Positions 1 through 8,335 of a stretch of 64,000 nucleotides of DNA are shown in pieces. The stretch is from a virus. The stretch is from positions 1 through 64,000 of the IMG/VR virus record IMGVR_UViG_3300045988_144346, one strand, 5' to 3'. Below the pieces are notes generated by a model. It saw only the letters and a program-made list of their open reading frames with translations, did no database searches and was not told the DNA's origin. A program made the translations under genes and the position numbers. Numbering within the stretch: position 1 is the stretch's first letter; each line of letters opens with the position of its first letter.

Positions 1-225
1 CGGCGACGGCTACGGCGACGGAGGCTCTGGCTCCGGCGACGGCTACGGCTACGGCGACGGAGGCTCTGGCTCCGGCTACGGCTACGGCGACGGAGGCTCT
101 GGCTCCGGCTACGGCGACGGCTACGGCGACGGAGGCTCTGGCTCCGGCGACGGCTACGGCTACGGCGACGGAGGCTCTGGCTCCGGCTACGGCTACGGCG
201 ACGGCAACGGCTTAAAATCCCTTAA
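1..225 (+). repeat. In-frame degenerate tandem repeat encoding a Gly/Tyr/Asp/Ser low-complexity region
   Basis: 24-nt core ggcgacggaggctctggctccggc (GDGGSGSG) occurs 5x starting at 14, 53, 86, 125, 164 (33-39 nt period), separated by (D/Y)GYG blocks. Confidence 0.9.
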
Positions 226-691
226 CGGTCAGACGGTCGATATGATCGATGCCGTGCCGACGATCCTCACCAGCATCATCGGGAATTCAGCCAAAGGCTT
301 CATTGTCCGCACCGACCTCTCGCTTGCTCCTACATTCGTTTGTAAGCAGGGCAACATGTTTGCCCACGGCGAGACGCTTCACAAGGCGCGGGAGGCGCTG
401 CTGGAAAAGCTGTTTGACGATATGCCGACGGAGGAGCGTATCGCAGCGTTCTGTAAAGAGTTCAAGCCCGGCGTCAAACGCCCGGCGACGGATTTTTTCT
501 CTTGGCATCATCGCCTTACCGGAAGCTGCGAGCAGGGGCGGCGAGAGTTCGCCCGGCAGCATGGCATTGATATCGACAGCGATGAGCTGACGCCCGAAGA
601 GTTCTTTGCTCTGACGCGCGATTCCTACGGCGGCAGTATCATCCGCCAGACGGAAGACCGATTCACAAAAGGAGGCAATGAAAATGAGTGA
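2..691 (+). CDS. 5'-truncated CDS: Gly/Tyr-repeat N-region plus globular C-terminal domain, function unknown
   Basis: Frame 2 is open from the window edge to the stop at 689-691. Track ORF 242..691 is its tail. The next gene overlaps it. Confidence 0.6.
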   Translation, partial: GDGYGDGGSGSGDGYGYGDGGSGSGYGYGDGGSGSGYGDGYGDGGSGSGDGYGYGDGGSGSGYGYGDGNGLKSLNGQTVDMIDAVPTILTSIIGNSAKGFIVRTDLSLAPTFVCKQGNMFAHGETLHKAREALLEKLFDDMPTEERIAAFCKEFKPGVKRPATDFFSWHHRLTGSCEQGRREFARQHGIDIDSDELTPEEFFALTRDSYGGSIIRQTEDRFTKGGNENE

Positions 692-1004
692 ACCCCATAA
701 AAATCTGCACAATGTCGTGCTTGTAAAGCACCTGACCAGCGGCAATGGTCCGTATCTTTTTTCCGTACCGAACGGGCGGAAGCTCAAGGAAGGACAGCCG
801 GTTATCGTTGACACACGCAAAGGCATAGCAACAGACGGCGTGTGCGTCACGGACAGCTTCATGGTCGACGATACATCGCTCAATGCGATGGTTCTTTTGA
901 GCGGCGCAAAGCTTCCGCTCCGCCGTGTGCTGGGAGAGCGTCAGACCGTCATCTGGGAGGAGAAACACAGTGAGCCGGAAATCGCAGAAAACAAATCCGA
1001 ATAA
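678..1004 (+). CDS. Hypothetical protein
   Basis: 108-aa ORF behind RBS aaaggagg (667-675). The ATG at 684 has better spacing than 678. Confidence 0.5.
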   Translation: MKMSEPHKNLHNVVLVKHLTSGNGPYLFSVPNGRKLKEGQPVIVDTRKGIATDGVCVTDSFMVDDTSLNAMVLLSGAKLPLRRVLGERQTVIWEEKHSEPEIAENKSE

Positions 1005-1278
1005 AGTGCTCTGTACGGAGGCGGATATCCGGCGCGCCTGCAAAAAAACGTTCGACGACACGACCGACTACATCCTCACCATGATGGCGTGGTGTCTGGT
1101 GGACGATATGGGTGTCTCGGATGAATTTCTCCACATTCTCTCCCGCCGCTTCGCCTCCATCAACGAGAGCGTCGTTTCCGGCAACCTGCGCCTTGCCGAA
1201 GTGAAGCAGGCGCTCAAGGACGAGCACGACTGGGAGGTCGAAACGACCGTACACATTCGGGAGGGCTCCCCATGCTGA
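970..1278 (+). CDS. Hypothetical protein
   Basis: GTG start 7 nt after gggaggag (954-961). It overlaps both neighbours as in a translationally coupled operon. The track ORF begins at 925. Confidence 0.4.
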   Translation: MSRKSQKTNPNKVLCTEADIRRACKKTFDDTTDYILTMMAWCLVDDMGVSDEFLHILSRRFASINESVVSGNLRLAEVKQALKDEHDWEVETTVHIREGSPC

Positions 1279-1718
1279 ACCAGTATGTTCTGCAGGGGCG
1301 GCTCTGTTCCCTGCCGAAAGAAAAGCTCGACATCGACGGTCGGGACTATGTGACATTCGACCTGGCGATCCCGCGCAACCGCCGGTACATGGGCGTTTTG
1401 TATACGGACTTCATCCAGTGCCGGGCAAAGGGGCGCGTAGCGGAGCTCGTGCTGTCCTCCGTCCAGCCGGGGCAGGAGATCATTGTGCAGGGCAGTCTCC
1501 GCAGCCGCTGCCAGAAGCGCGCGGATGGGTCGCGTCTCCGCTCGGAGCAGTATCTCCATGTCGAGCACGTTTTTTTCTCCCGCCCCAAGACGACCGCCGA
1601 AACAGACGCCGAGCGCAGCACAGAAGAAGCCATAGAAGTCCCGGAATCCGTGGACGGCATAGACGAATCGGGATTTTTCCCGGAAAACGAAGTATTGGAG
1701 GATACAACAAATGAGTGA
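1272..1718 (+). CDS. ssb: Single-stranded DNA-binding protein (OB-fold SSB-like)
   Basis: N-terminal pattern VLQGRL...VTFDLAI...FIQCRAKGRVAE...G..IIVQGSLRSR matches the SSB OB-fold layout. Acidic C-terminal tail FFPENEVLEDTTNE. Confidence 0.6.
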   Translation: MLNQYVLQGRLCSLPKEKLDIDGRDYVTFDLAIPRNRRYMGVLYTDFIQCRAKGRVAELVLSSVQPGQEIIVQGSLRSRCQKRADGSRLRSEQYLHVEHVFFSRPKTTAETDAERSTEEAIEVPESVDGIDESGFFPENEVLEDTTNE

Positions 1719-2304
1719 GCCCAAAATGCCGCGCACCATCGCGGTAGATTTCGACAACACCCTGTTTGAAACCGACTGGCCGGATATCAAAAAGCCCATC
1801 TGGCCGGCGATCAACGCCGCCAGAACCGCCAAAGAAGAGGGCGCGGAACTGATCCTCTGGACGACGCGCGAAGGAGGACACCTGACCGCCGCCCTCGAAG
1901 CGTGTGAAAATGTCGGCCTGACCTTTGACGCTGTAAACGACAACACGGAGACCATGAAAAAGCTCTGGGGCAACGACCCGCGCAAGGTCGGCGCCACAGA
2001 GTATTGGGACGACAGAGCCGTGAAGCTTACCGCCCCGCAGCTTCCGTCCAGAGAAAAGCCCCAGCAGAAAAACAATGTTGTCAGCCACCCGGAGCACTAC
2101 ACGCAGGGAGGCATCGAGTGCATCGACGCGATCCGCGCCAGCATGGGCCCCTTCGATTTCGCCAGCTACTGCAAAGGAAACGTCATCAAGTATCTGTGGC
2201 GCTACCGGCTCAAGAACGGCACGGAGGATCTGCGCAAAGCGGCGGTATATCTCGATTGGATGATCGAGGCGGAAGAGAAAGCGGCTGCGGAATGTGCCAC
2301 CTGA
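1711..2304 (+). CDS. Two-domain protein: HAD-like hydrolase N-domain + DUF3310-like C-domain
   Basis: IAVDFDNTLF (HAD motif I-like) at the N-terminus. C-terminal HPEHYTQGGIECIDAI...KGNVIKYLWRY..K.G.EDL.KA..YL resembles DUF3310. Confidence 0.5.
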   Translation: MSEPKMPRTIAVDFDNTLFETDWPDIKKPIWPAINAARTAKEEGAELILWTTREGGHLTAALEACENVGLTFDAVNDNTETMKKLWGNDPRKVGATEYWDDRAVKLTAPQLPSREKPQQKNNVVSHPEHYTQGGIECIDAIRASMGPFDFASYCKGNVIKYLWRYRLKNGTEDLRKAAVYLDWMIEAEEKAAAECAT

Positions 2305-2609
2305 CGGACCACGCCGTGCAGCGGACAAAGGAGCGCGTCGGTCTCCCGAAGCGCTCCGCCGAAAAGAACGCGCAGAAAGCGCTCGAAAACGGCATCCGCC
2401 ACTGCGAAACAAAAGGCAGCCTGAACCGCTACATAACCGCCCTGTATTGGAAGCATAAGACCGCCAACAACATCCGCGTCTACTGCAATAACGTATACAT
2501 TTTCAATAACGACGTACTCATAACCGTGTTCCCTCTCCCGCAGAAATACCGGAGCACGGCACAAAAAATCCAAAGAAAGGAACGATCTAAATGGGCTGGG
2601 ACGCATTGA
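2292..2609 (+). CDS. Hypothetical protein
   Basis: ATG at 2292 overlaps the upstream stop. The upstream part of track ORF 2004..2609 is Arg-rich out-of-frame read-through of the previous gene. Confidence 0.45.
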   Translation: MCHLTDHAVQRTKERVGLPKRSAEKNAQKALENGIRHCETKGSLNRYITALYWKHKTANNIRVYCNNVYIFNNDVLITVFPLPQKYRSTAQKIQRKERSKWAGTH

Positions 2610-2678
2610 TTTACGACGCGATACTCCGCGTAGAGAAATTGTTGAAGGAAATTCTCACGGAAGTAAGGGGCCGAAACA

Positions 2679-3005
2679 ATGGATAAATACATGAAAAAAA
2701 GCGACGTGATCGCCTACATCCGCAAGGAAGCGAAAGAAGCACAAAGCGCGTTTGAAGAGCTGGGCGGCGAAAGCGGGATAATTGCCGAAGCCTTTGAAGA
2801 TTTGGCAAATGAGCTTGAAGATTTCCCCGCCACCGACGTTGCGCCTGTGCGGCATGGGCGGTGGCAGTACAACACTGACTTCTATGTTTGGTGCTGCTCC
2901 GAGTGTGGCAAAAACCCGACTAAGGGCACGGGAGTTGTTACCACAGCGGAAAAACTACCCGCCTATTGTCCCCATTGCGGCGCAAAGATGGACGGTGCGG
3001 AATGA
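2679..3005 (+). CDS. Zn-ribbon paralogue 1 (DVAPVRHGRW ... CPHCGAKMDGAE)
   Basis: 108-aa ORF with CxxC...CxxC. The C-terminal half is about 90% identical at nt level to the inverted copy at 54513-54688. Confidence 0.6.
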   Translation: MDKYMKKSDVIAYIRKEAKEAQSAFEELGGESGIIAEAFEDLANELEDFPATDVAPVRHGRWQYNTDFYVWCCSECGKNPTKGTGVVTTAEKLPAYCPHCGAKMDGAE

Positions 3006-3025
3006 AGCACCGAAAGGAGAAAACT

Positions 3026-3322
3026 ATGGATGAATACCTAAAGCGCGACGGGCTGCTTCGTAAGTTCAACATTGATGACATGATGAACGTAAACGGAACG
3101 TTGATTTCTCTGCATGACGCGCGCGAGACGATTTCAAACTTTCCGGCCGCTGACGTTGCGCCTGTACGGCATGGGAAGTGGGTGCATTCTCGCTATGAAA
3201 ACTGCTCAGAGCAGTTTGAAATGGTAAAGTGCTCGTGCTGCGGACGTGAAGCTTATGCTATGGCGTTTTATGTGCGCGACGGGAATTACTGCCCAAACTG
3301 TGGAGCAAAGATGGACGGATGA
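3026..3322 (+). CDS. Zn-ribbon paralogue 2 (DVAPVRHGKW ... CPNCGAKMDG)
   Basis: ATG at 3026 follows aaaggaga. Shares the HGKW and C-terminal CPxCGAKMDG motifs with its neighbours. Confidence 0.55.
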   Translation: MDEYLKRDGLLRKFNIDDMMNVNGTLISLHDARETISNFPAADVAPVRHGKWVHSRYENCSEQFEMVKCSCCGREAYAMAFYVRDGNYCPNCGAKMDG

Positions 3323-3341
3323 AGAATGGAGGGTGAAGAAA

Positions 3342-3611
3342 ATGATTGATATCCACCAGACAATCCAGGCAGAAACAGAAAGCATCTGCCCAAGCTGCGA
3401 TCATTACCCCGTTTGTCGGGCGGTTGATAATCAACCTTGTGCAGAGTGCAACCAATATGCGCCAGTTGCACAGCACGGGAAATGGGTAACGCACTATCGA
3501 AGCGGAACGACTGTTGCCGAGGGGTATGTATCAACGTGCTGCGATATGTGGAACAACCGTAAGAGCGATTTTTGCCCCAACTGTGGCGCACGAATGGACG
3601 GTGCGGAATGA
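3342..3611 (+). CDS. Zn-ribbon paralogue 3 (QHGKW ... CPNCGARMDGAE)
   Basis: ATG at 3342 follows ggagggtg (3328-3335). Same C-terminal motif; the stop overlaps the next ATG (ATGA). Confidence 0.55.
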   Translation: MIDIHQTIQAETESICPSCDHYPVCRAVDNQPCAECNQYAPVAQHGKWVTHYRSGTTVAEGYVSTCCDMWNNRKSDFCPNCGARMDGAE

Positions 3612-3841
3612 AAATCTACAGCATTACGGTAGACGCCATGCCAAAATCCTGCGGCGACTGTCCGCTGTGTGGGTATACAAACGATGACTTCCCTGTCTGC
3701 TACGGCGTTGCAGATAAACAAATCTGGCGCATTGAGGGAAATCCCTGCGATATGCAGTACAGGCGCAGCGATTGCCCGCTTATTGCTGTGCGCATGGATC
3801 GAGACCTTACCCTATTCAAAGCGGTCGGAGGGCTCGGATGA
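3608..3841 (+). CDS. Cys-rich small protein
   Basis: ATGA overlap with the upstream gene. CGDCPLCG...C...C pattern. Confidence 0.45.
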   Translation: MKIYSITVDAMPKSCGDCPLCGYTNDDFPVCYGVADKQIWRIEGNPCDMQYRRSDCPLIAVRMDRDLTLFKAVGGLG

Positions 3842-4218
3842 AAGCCAAAAGCTACAAGCTGAAATACGTCCCGACCGTGCAGCAGCTCCGGGACGCGGGA
3901 TTCCGGCCCGGCGGAGCATGGATACATGCAGAGGCGCTGATGTTTGCTACGCGGTGCTTTGATGTACCAAAAACAAACTGTGAGCTTTCCGTGTCGATCT
4001 GCTTCAAGACGGATCTCGCCGACTGGGACGATTGGAACAACGTTCTGGTACTCGATGAAGACTGGGGGCAACCCTATACGTCGTTCTATCTGGAAAACTA
4101 TAAAAAGGACATTACCGACTTTCCATTTTTGGAATATTGCATACAGCAGTACAATGAATTTCTGGATAGTTTCGACTTTCTGGAAGAAGTAAAGGAGGAA
4201 GACAATGGTAGTATCTGA
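3838..4218 (+). CDS. Hypothetical protein
   Basis: ATGA overlap at 3838. 126-aa balanced composition, acidic C-terminus. Confidence 0.45.
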   Translation: MKAKSYKLKYVPTVQQLRDAGFRPGGAWIHAEALMFATRCFDVPKTNCELSVSICFKTDLADWDDWNNVLVLDEDWGQPYTSFYLENYKKDITDFPFLEYCIQQYNEFLDSFDFLEEVKEEDNGSI

Positions 4219-4387
4219 CGTAGCCAGCCTGGTACAGTGGGAGGACGCCAAGATTCACATTTTGCTTCGACCGGAGTATGCGATGTTGAATCTTACCTGC
4301 AGTGAAGCTGAAGAAGGCGTGTTGCTGAACATTTATTCTTATTTTATTCGTGAACATCTCCGAAAAAGAGGGGAAGGAAAAGAATGA
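4205..4387 (+). CDS. Hypothetical small protein
   Basis: 60-aa ORF overlapping both neighbours in operon fashion. Confidence 0.35.
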   Translation: MVVSDVASLVQWEDAKIHILLRPEYAMLNLTCSEAEEGVLLNIYSYFIREHLRKRGEGKE

Positions 4388-4587
4388 GTGATTTTATCGA
4401 AGTACACCGAGTGTACCGCACCGGTGATGAAGCGGAAACCTATTTGCTGAATTGCAACCAGATAAGATGGGTTGAGCGCGAAAAAAACGGATGCCGGATA
4501 GCGGTTTTCACCCCAGACACTATGTTTGGATGTATAAAGGTAACGGAGAGCTACGAAGAAATTCGCCGTGCCTTGTGGGGAGGTTAA
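4384..4587 (+). CDS. Hypothetical small protein
   Basis: 67-aa ORF, ATGA overlap with the upstream ORF. Confidence 0.4.
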   Translation: MSDFIEVHRVYRTGDEAETYLLNCNQIRWVEREKNGCRIAVFTPDTMFGCIKVTESYEEIRRALWGG

Positions 4588-4589
4588 CG

Positions 4590-4796
4590 ATGGGGCAGCA
4601 CAAAACGAATCCCACGGCTATGGCCGCCAAGCGCGGGGAAATCCAGCCAAAACCGAAGCCCATGTCGAAACGTGAGACAGAACGGCTTCTTATGCAAGCA
4701 GTCCGGGAGAAAATTTTGAATCCGTATTTGCCGACGCCGAAAGGCGCAGAGGGCTTTTTTGAAAGTTTGGAGGAAGCAATCAATGCGACCGATTGA
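4590..4796 (+). CDS. Hypothetical small protein
   Basis: ATG at 4590 follows ggaggttaacg. The upstream part of the track ORF is out-of-frame overlap. Confidence 0.4.
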   Translation: MGQHKTNPTAMAAKRGEIQPKPKPMSKRETERLLMQAVREKILNPYLPTPKGAEGFFESLEEAINATD

Positions 4797-5094
4797 TGGC
4801 GATTATTCCCGTTTCCTTGCTCTCCGCCGGCGTATCATGCAGGCGATACGGCGGGCGCTTGAAGAAGATCCGTGCTGCAAGAGCTATGAGGGCACATTCG
4901 AGCTTCTGGCCAGCTACCCAGATTATTTTGACGGAGAGCACACGGACGAACCGGATTTCTTTAAAATCGTCCTGCACTGTTATGTGCTCGGGCCCGCCCG
5001 CCACTACGAGTGGACGGGAAAAACATTCAAAGAAGCGCTGGACAGCGCAGAAGGAGAGATCGATTCATGGATAAACAGATCATTGAGCGACTGA
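4783..5094 (+). CDS. Hypothetical protein
   Basis: ATG at 4783 follows ggaggaagcaatca; 103 aa. Confidence 0.4.
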   Translation: MRPIDGDYSRFLALRRRIMQAIRRALEEDPCCKSYEGTFELLASYPDYFDGEHTDEPDFFKIVLHCYVLGPARHYEWTGKTFKEALDSAEGEIDSWINRSLSD

Positions 5095-5276
5095 CCAAAT
5101 CCGTCAAAAACTGGGTTTGTGCTGCCGAGCACCAAGCCATCCGCGAGCAGCGGATGTGGGAAGGCAGCACAACGTCTCAGGATTTCCAAGCCGGCGTGAT
5201 ATGCGGCGTCAACCTCATGGCGGATATCCTGCTGTCATGTGCAGATCAACTCATCGGGGAGGAAGCGGCTCATTGA
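5067..5276 (+). CDS. Hypothetical small protein
   Basis: ATG at 5067 follows gaaggagagatcgattc; 69 aa. Confidence 0.4.
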   Translation: MDKQIIERLTKSVKNWVCAAEHQAIREQRMWEGSTTSQDFQAGVICGVNLMADILLSCADQLIGEEAAH

Positions 5277-5539
5277 ACACCAATTCCGGAGAAAACCGCC
5301 GTTTCGGTCTCGTCCGCTGCCCGTACTGCGGGCAGGAATTTTGGAAAAACTCGCCCAATAAACAGTACTGCTGCGATCAGCATGGCGTGCTGTACCGAAA
5401 GAAGCAAGCAAAAGAGGCTTTTGCCGAGAGAGCGGCAAAAAAGCCGGCCGAATCCATCGCGGACATATCCAAAAAGGCCCGCGCCGCCGGTCTGACCTAC
5501 GGGCAGTATATGGCCGCGCGAGCCGTCGGGAGGCTTTGA
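5273..5539 (+). CDS. Zn-ribbon protein with basic C-terminal tail
   Basis: TTG at 5273 lies 7 nt after ggggaggaag. CPYCG...CCDQHG motif. The longer track ORF 5117.. has an implausible Arg-rich extension. Confidence 0.4.
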   Translation: MNTNSGENRRFGLVRCPYCGQEFWKNSPNKQYCCDQHGVLYRKKQAKEAFAERAAKKPAESIADISKKARAAGLTYGQYMAARAVGRL

Positions 5540-5664
5540 TATGCCCGATGCGCTGTACTTAGCACTCGCTACGGCGATCGTATCGGTGGATATTGCGCTT
5601 TTTTTAGAAGCGATCGCCATTCTCCATTACCTCATCAAGCAGAAAAAGAACAGGAGAAAAGAAA

Positions 5665-6897
5665 ATGATAAAGATCGAGAACGTTGAAACCTGCGGCTGG
5701 GAAGCCGCGATCCGTGGCATGCGAAATCCGAAGAATAGCTGGGCAAAGAGCGACAGCCACAAATGCCCGTGCGCAGATTGGGACGGCGATTGCCCTATGG
5801 TTATGAACGATAACGAACCGGCCAAGGGCTGCGATCCGGATAAATATCGTTTCTGCGTCGGCGAAAATGATTTCCATCTGATGCAGGCCCTTGCCAACTC
5901 CGGCCCGGACGACGGGAAGTTTCTGCGCATGATCCATGTGCAGCTCGACGTGACCGCGCCGTTGTATTGGTGGTCTGAGGCGGACACATACAAGGTTGGG
6001 ACAGTAGCTAACTCCTGCTCCAAAATGCATAAGCTCCTCCACAAACCTTTCGAGATGTCGGATTTCAGCTTTGACAAACTCCCTGGGTATAAAAACGAAG
6101 TGAAGCAGTTCCGCCCAGATTTCGACGAGGAGGGCGAAGAATGGAGGGCCATAAATGACGAGTACGAGGTGAGCAGTGCGGGCCGTGTCAGACACGGAGA
6201 AAGGGTGCTTTCCGGCAGCGTGCACGCCGACGGATACATCTTTGTAACGCTGGGAGGAAGTCAGCTCCGTGTCCACCGACTTGTCGCTAAGGCGTTCGTC
6301 CCGAACCCGACCGGGAAACCGGAAGTTAATCACATAGACGGCAATCGAATGAACAACGCCGCAGAGAACCTTGAATGGACTACTCGGTCTGAGAACCAGA
6401 AACACGCAGTAGACAACGGATTACAGCCGAGAGTGACAGACACCTATCAGGGCAGGTTTACACCAGAACAGCGTGAAGAAATCAAACGCCTGTGGGACTC
6501 TGGCACGGTGAGCAAGCGGCAGATAGCAAGGCAGTACGGTGTGTCGCACACCTGCATCTGCGACATTATCAACGATAAGTACAGATACGCGGCGTATGTC
6601 AATGTGTTCGAGAGCGTGGCGAGACCGCTTGTGGATACGCTGAATGAGCTGCGAGATGCTTACTTTACCTGTGACGACACCACGGTCAGAAAGAAGATAT
6701 GGTACACGATTCTTCAGCTCCTGCCGTCCAGCTACAACCAGCGCCGGACGTGGGACTTGAACTACGCGGTGCTGCGCAATATCTACCACGCCCGCCGGAA
6801 CCACAAGCTCGACGAGTGGCGCGAGCTGTGCGCATGGATCAAGACCTTGCCTTATTCGGAACTGATTACAGGGAAAGGGGGACCCACCGGTGATTAA
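5665..6897 (+). CDS. ThyX-fold-like protein carrying an in-frame NUMOD4/HNH-type endonuclease + HTH insertion
   Basis: The flanks align by eye to the ThyX layout (FLRMIHVQLDVTAPLYWW..., ...LNYAVLRNIYHARRNHKLDEWRELC), but the RHR/SxRY residues are replaced. The middle has YEVSSAGRV...HRLVAKAFVPNP...VNHIDGNRMNNAAENLEW...SENQKH. Confidence 0.5.
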   Translation: MIKIENVETCGWEAAIRGMRNPKNSWAKSDSHKCPCADWDGDCPMVMNDNEPAKGCDPDKYRFCVGENDFHLMQALANSGPDDGKFLRMIHVQLDVTAPLYWWSEADTYKVGTVANSCSKMHKLLHKPFEMSDFSFDKLPGYKNEVKQFRPDFDEEGEEWRAINDEYEVSSAGRVRHGERVLSGSVHADGYIFVTLGGSQLRVHRLVAKAFVPNPTGKPEVNHIDGNRMNNAAENLEWTTRSENQKHAVDNGLQPRVTDTYQGRFTPEQREEIKRLWDSGTVSKRQIARQYGVSHTCICDIINDKYRYAAYVNVFESVARPLVDTLNELRDAYFTCDDTTVRKKIWYTILQLLPSSYNQRRTWDLNYAVLRNIYHARRNHKLDEWRELCAWIKTLPYSELITGKGGPTGD

Positions 6898-7078
6898 GCA
6901 GAAAAATCAGGTGCTGTTGAAAACCTACCGCATCACGATCACGGCGGACGACAATTCGGAGCCGCCCGCCTACATCGTCGCCTCCGCCGCTTCCAAGCGG
7001 GACGCGCTGCATAAAGCGCTGGAACTGGTTGCCCGCCGCTGCACGGGCCCGTGCCCATCTGCTGAGACCAACGGCTGA
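6890..7078 (+). CDS. Hypothetical small protein (last gene of the plus-strand operon)
   Basis: 62-aa ORF overlapping the upstream stop, followed by a terminator hairpin. Confidence 0.4.
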   Translation: MIKQKNQVLLKTYRITITADDNSEPPAYIVASAASKRDALHKALELVARRCTGPCPSAETNG

Positions 7079-7093
7079 TGCAGGAAAAGAGAA

Positions 7094-7120
7094 AAGACCG
7101 CTGATTGGCGGTCTTTCTCG
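7094..7120 (+). terminator. Putative intrinsic terminator
   Basis: aagaccgc-tgattg-gcggtctt hairpin followed by tctc; the T-run is weak. Confidence 0.45.
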
Positions 7121-7162
7121 ACTGAAGAAAATTTTTTAGCTACAAGTAATTTCAAAATGTTC

Positions 7163-7191
7163 TTGACTTTAGTGTCCACACGACATATCAT
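7163..7191 (+). promoter_or_regulatory. Sigma-A-type promoter for the RHH gene
   Basis: TTGACT (7163-7168), 17-nt spacer, TATCAT (7186-7191). RBS aaaggagg and ATG at 7221 lie downstream. Confidence 0.45.
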
Positions 7192-7220
7192 ATATTTGTG
7201 GATACAAAAGGAGGTGCAGA

Positions 7221-7394
7221 ATGTCTCCACGAACAGGTAGACCGACCGACGATCCCAAGACGCTTAGTACGCGGATTAGGATGTCCAAAGAAGATATTGA
7301 ACGCCTTGAATACTGTGTGGAAGTCACGGGAAAAAGCAAGGCCGAGATCATCCGTGAGGGCATAAAAATCGTCTATGATGGTCTGAAGAAATGA
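7221..7394 (+). CDS. Ribbon-helix-helix (CopG/Arc-like) DNA-binding protein
   Basis: 57-aa ORF missing from the track (<60 aa). RBS aaaggagg 7207-7214. IRMSKEDIERLEYCVEVTGKSKAEIIREGI fits a beta-strand + two-helix RHH layout. Confidence 0.55.
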   Translation: MSPRTGRPTDDPKTLSTRIRMSKEDIERLEYCVEVTGKSKAEIIREGIKIVYDGLKK

Positions 7395-7535
7395 AAAAAG
7401 AGTACAGCGCAGCAGAGAATTTCGACCTTCCGATGCCACGCTGTACGGTTCCCTGATGGAGGAACGTGTAAATATTCTACTACACCTCCCCATCAAGGTC
7501 AAGAAAGATAACTTTCTTTATGATGGAGGATTCTT

Positions 7536-8330
7536 ATGAACAATTCCCTGCGCGTATTCGACAACGAAGAGTTTGGCACTATCCGTACCGTTATGATCGA
7601 CGGCGAACCTTGGTTCGTCGGCAAAGATGTAGCGGAAGCGCTGGGCTACACCAACCCTCGTGACGCATTGTCCAAGCACGTTGACGACGAGGACAAGAAA
7701 ACCGTCGCGATCCGCGACGGTATTCGCGGGAACCCCAATGTTACAGTCATTAACGAAAGCGGCGTGTACAGCCTGATTCTTTCCAGCAAACTTCCCAACG
7801 CAAAGAAATTCAAACGGTGGGTGACGGCTGAAATTCTTCCCTCCGTCCGCCAAACCGGAAGCTATTCCGCAAAGCCCATGACTCTGGCCGAGCAGGCTCT
7901 GGCACAGGCGCAGATTCTGGTTGACCACGAAAAGCAGCTTGCCGAGCTGTCGGAATCGGTGGACAAGCTCGAAAGGTTCAACGACGGCATCGTTGCCGTG
8001 CTCGCTCCGACCGCCGTATCGGATGGCTGGCAGGAGCAGATGAACCGGAAGGTCCGGCAGTATTGCCTTGACTATGATCTGGATTACCGCGTCGCATTCA
8101 ATCAGCTTTACATGACCGTAGAATCGTCTACGCGCTCGGATCTGACGCGCCGTGTGGAAAACCGACGCAGGCGCATCCTGCAGAACGGCGGCACGAGAGC
8201 CGAAGCGGATAAGGTTACGAAACTCTCCGTCATTGCTAATGACGCCGCTCTCCGCAACGCTTTCGACCTTGCGCTCAAGAATATGTGCGTCGCGTCCTAC
8301 GCCCGCCACGGCGACGAAGTGGGGGTATAA
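7536..8330 (+). CDS. Bro-N domain phage antirepressor-like protein
   Basis: N-terminus LRVFDNEEFGTIRTVMIDGEPWFVGKDVAEALGY.NPRDAL.KHVD...SGVYSLILSSKLP.AKKFKRWVT.EILPS is the Bro-N signature. Confidence 0.8.
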   Translation: MNNSLRVFDNEEFGTIRTVMIDGEPWFVGKDVAEALGYTNPRDALSKHVDDEDKKTVAIRDGIRGNPNVTVINESGVYSLILSSKLPNAKKFKRWVTAEILPSVRQTGSYSAKPMTLAEQALAQAQILVDHEKQLAELSESVDKLERFNDGIVAVLAPTAVSDGWQEQMNRKVRQYCLDYDLDYRVAFNQLYMTVESSTRSDLTRRVENRRRRILQNGGTRAEADKVTKLSVIANDAALRNAFDLALKNMCVASYARHGDEVGV

Positions 8331-8335
8331 CTCCG

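Noticed and set aside
5541-5687. 48-aa hydrophobic ORF between 5539 and the ThyX-like gene
   Set aside because: It is plausible as a small membrane peptide. However, it has no clear RBS and overlaps the next gene by 23 nt, so there is too little support to list it as a feature.
5665-6897. Intein or group I intron explanation for the HNH insertion
   Set aside because: The reading frame is continuous. Intein junction residues are absent: no Cys/Ser/Thr at the first position and no His-Asn + Cys/Ser/Thr at the end. No intron-like non-coding stretch is present.
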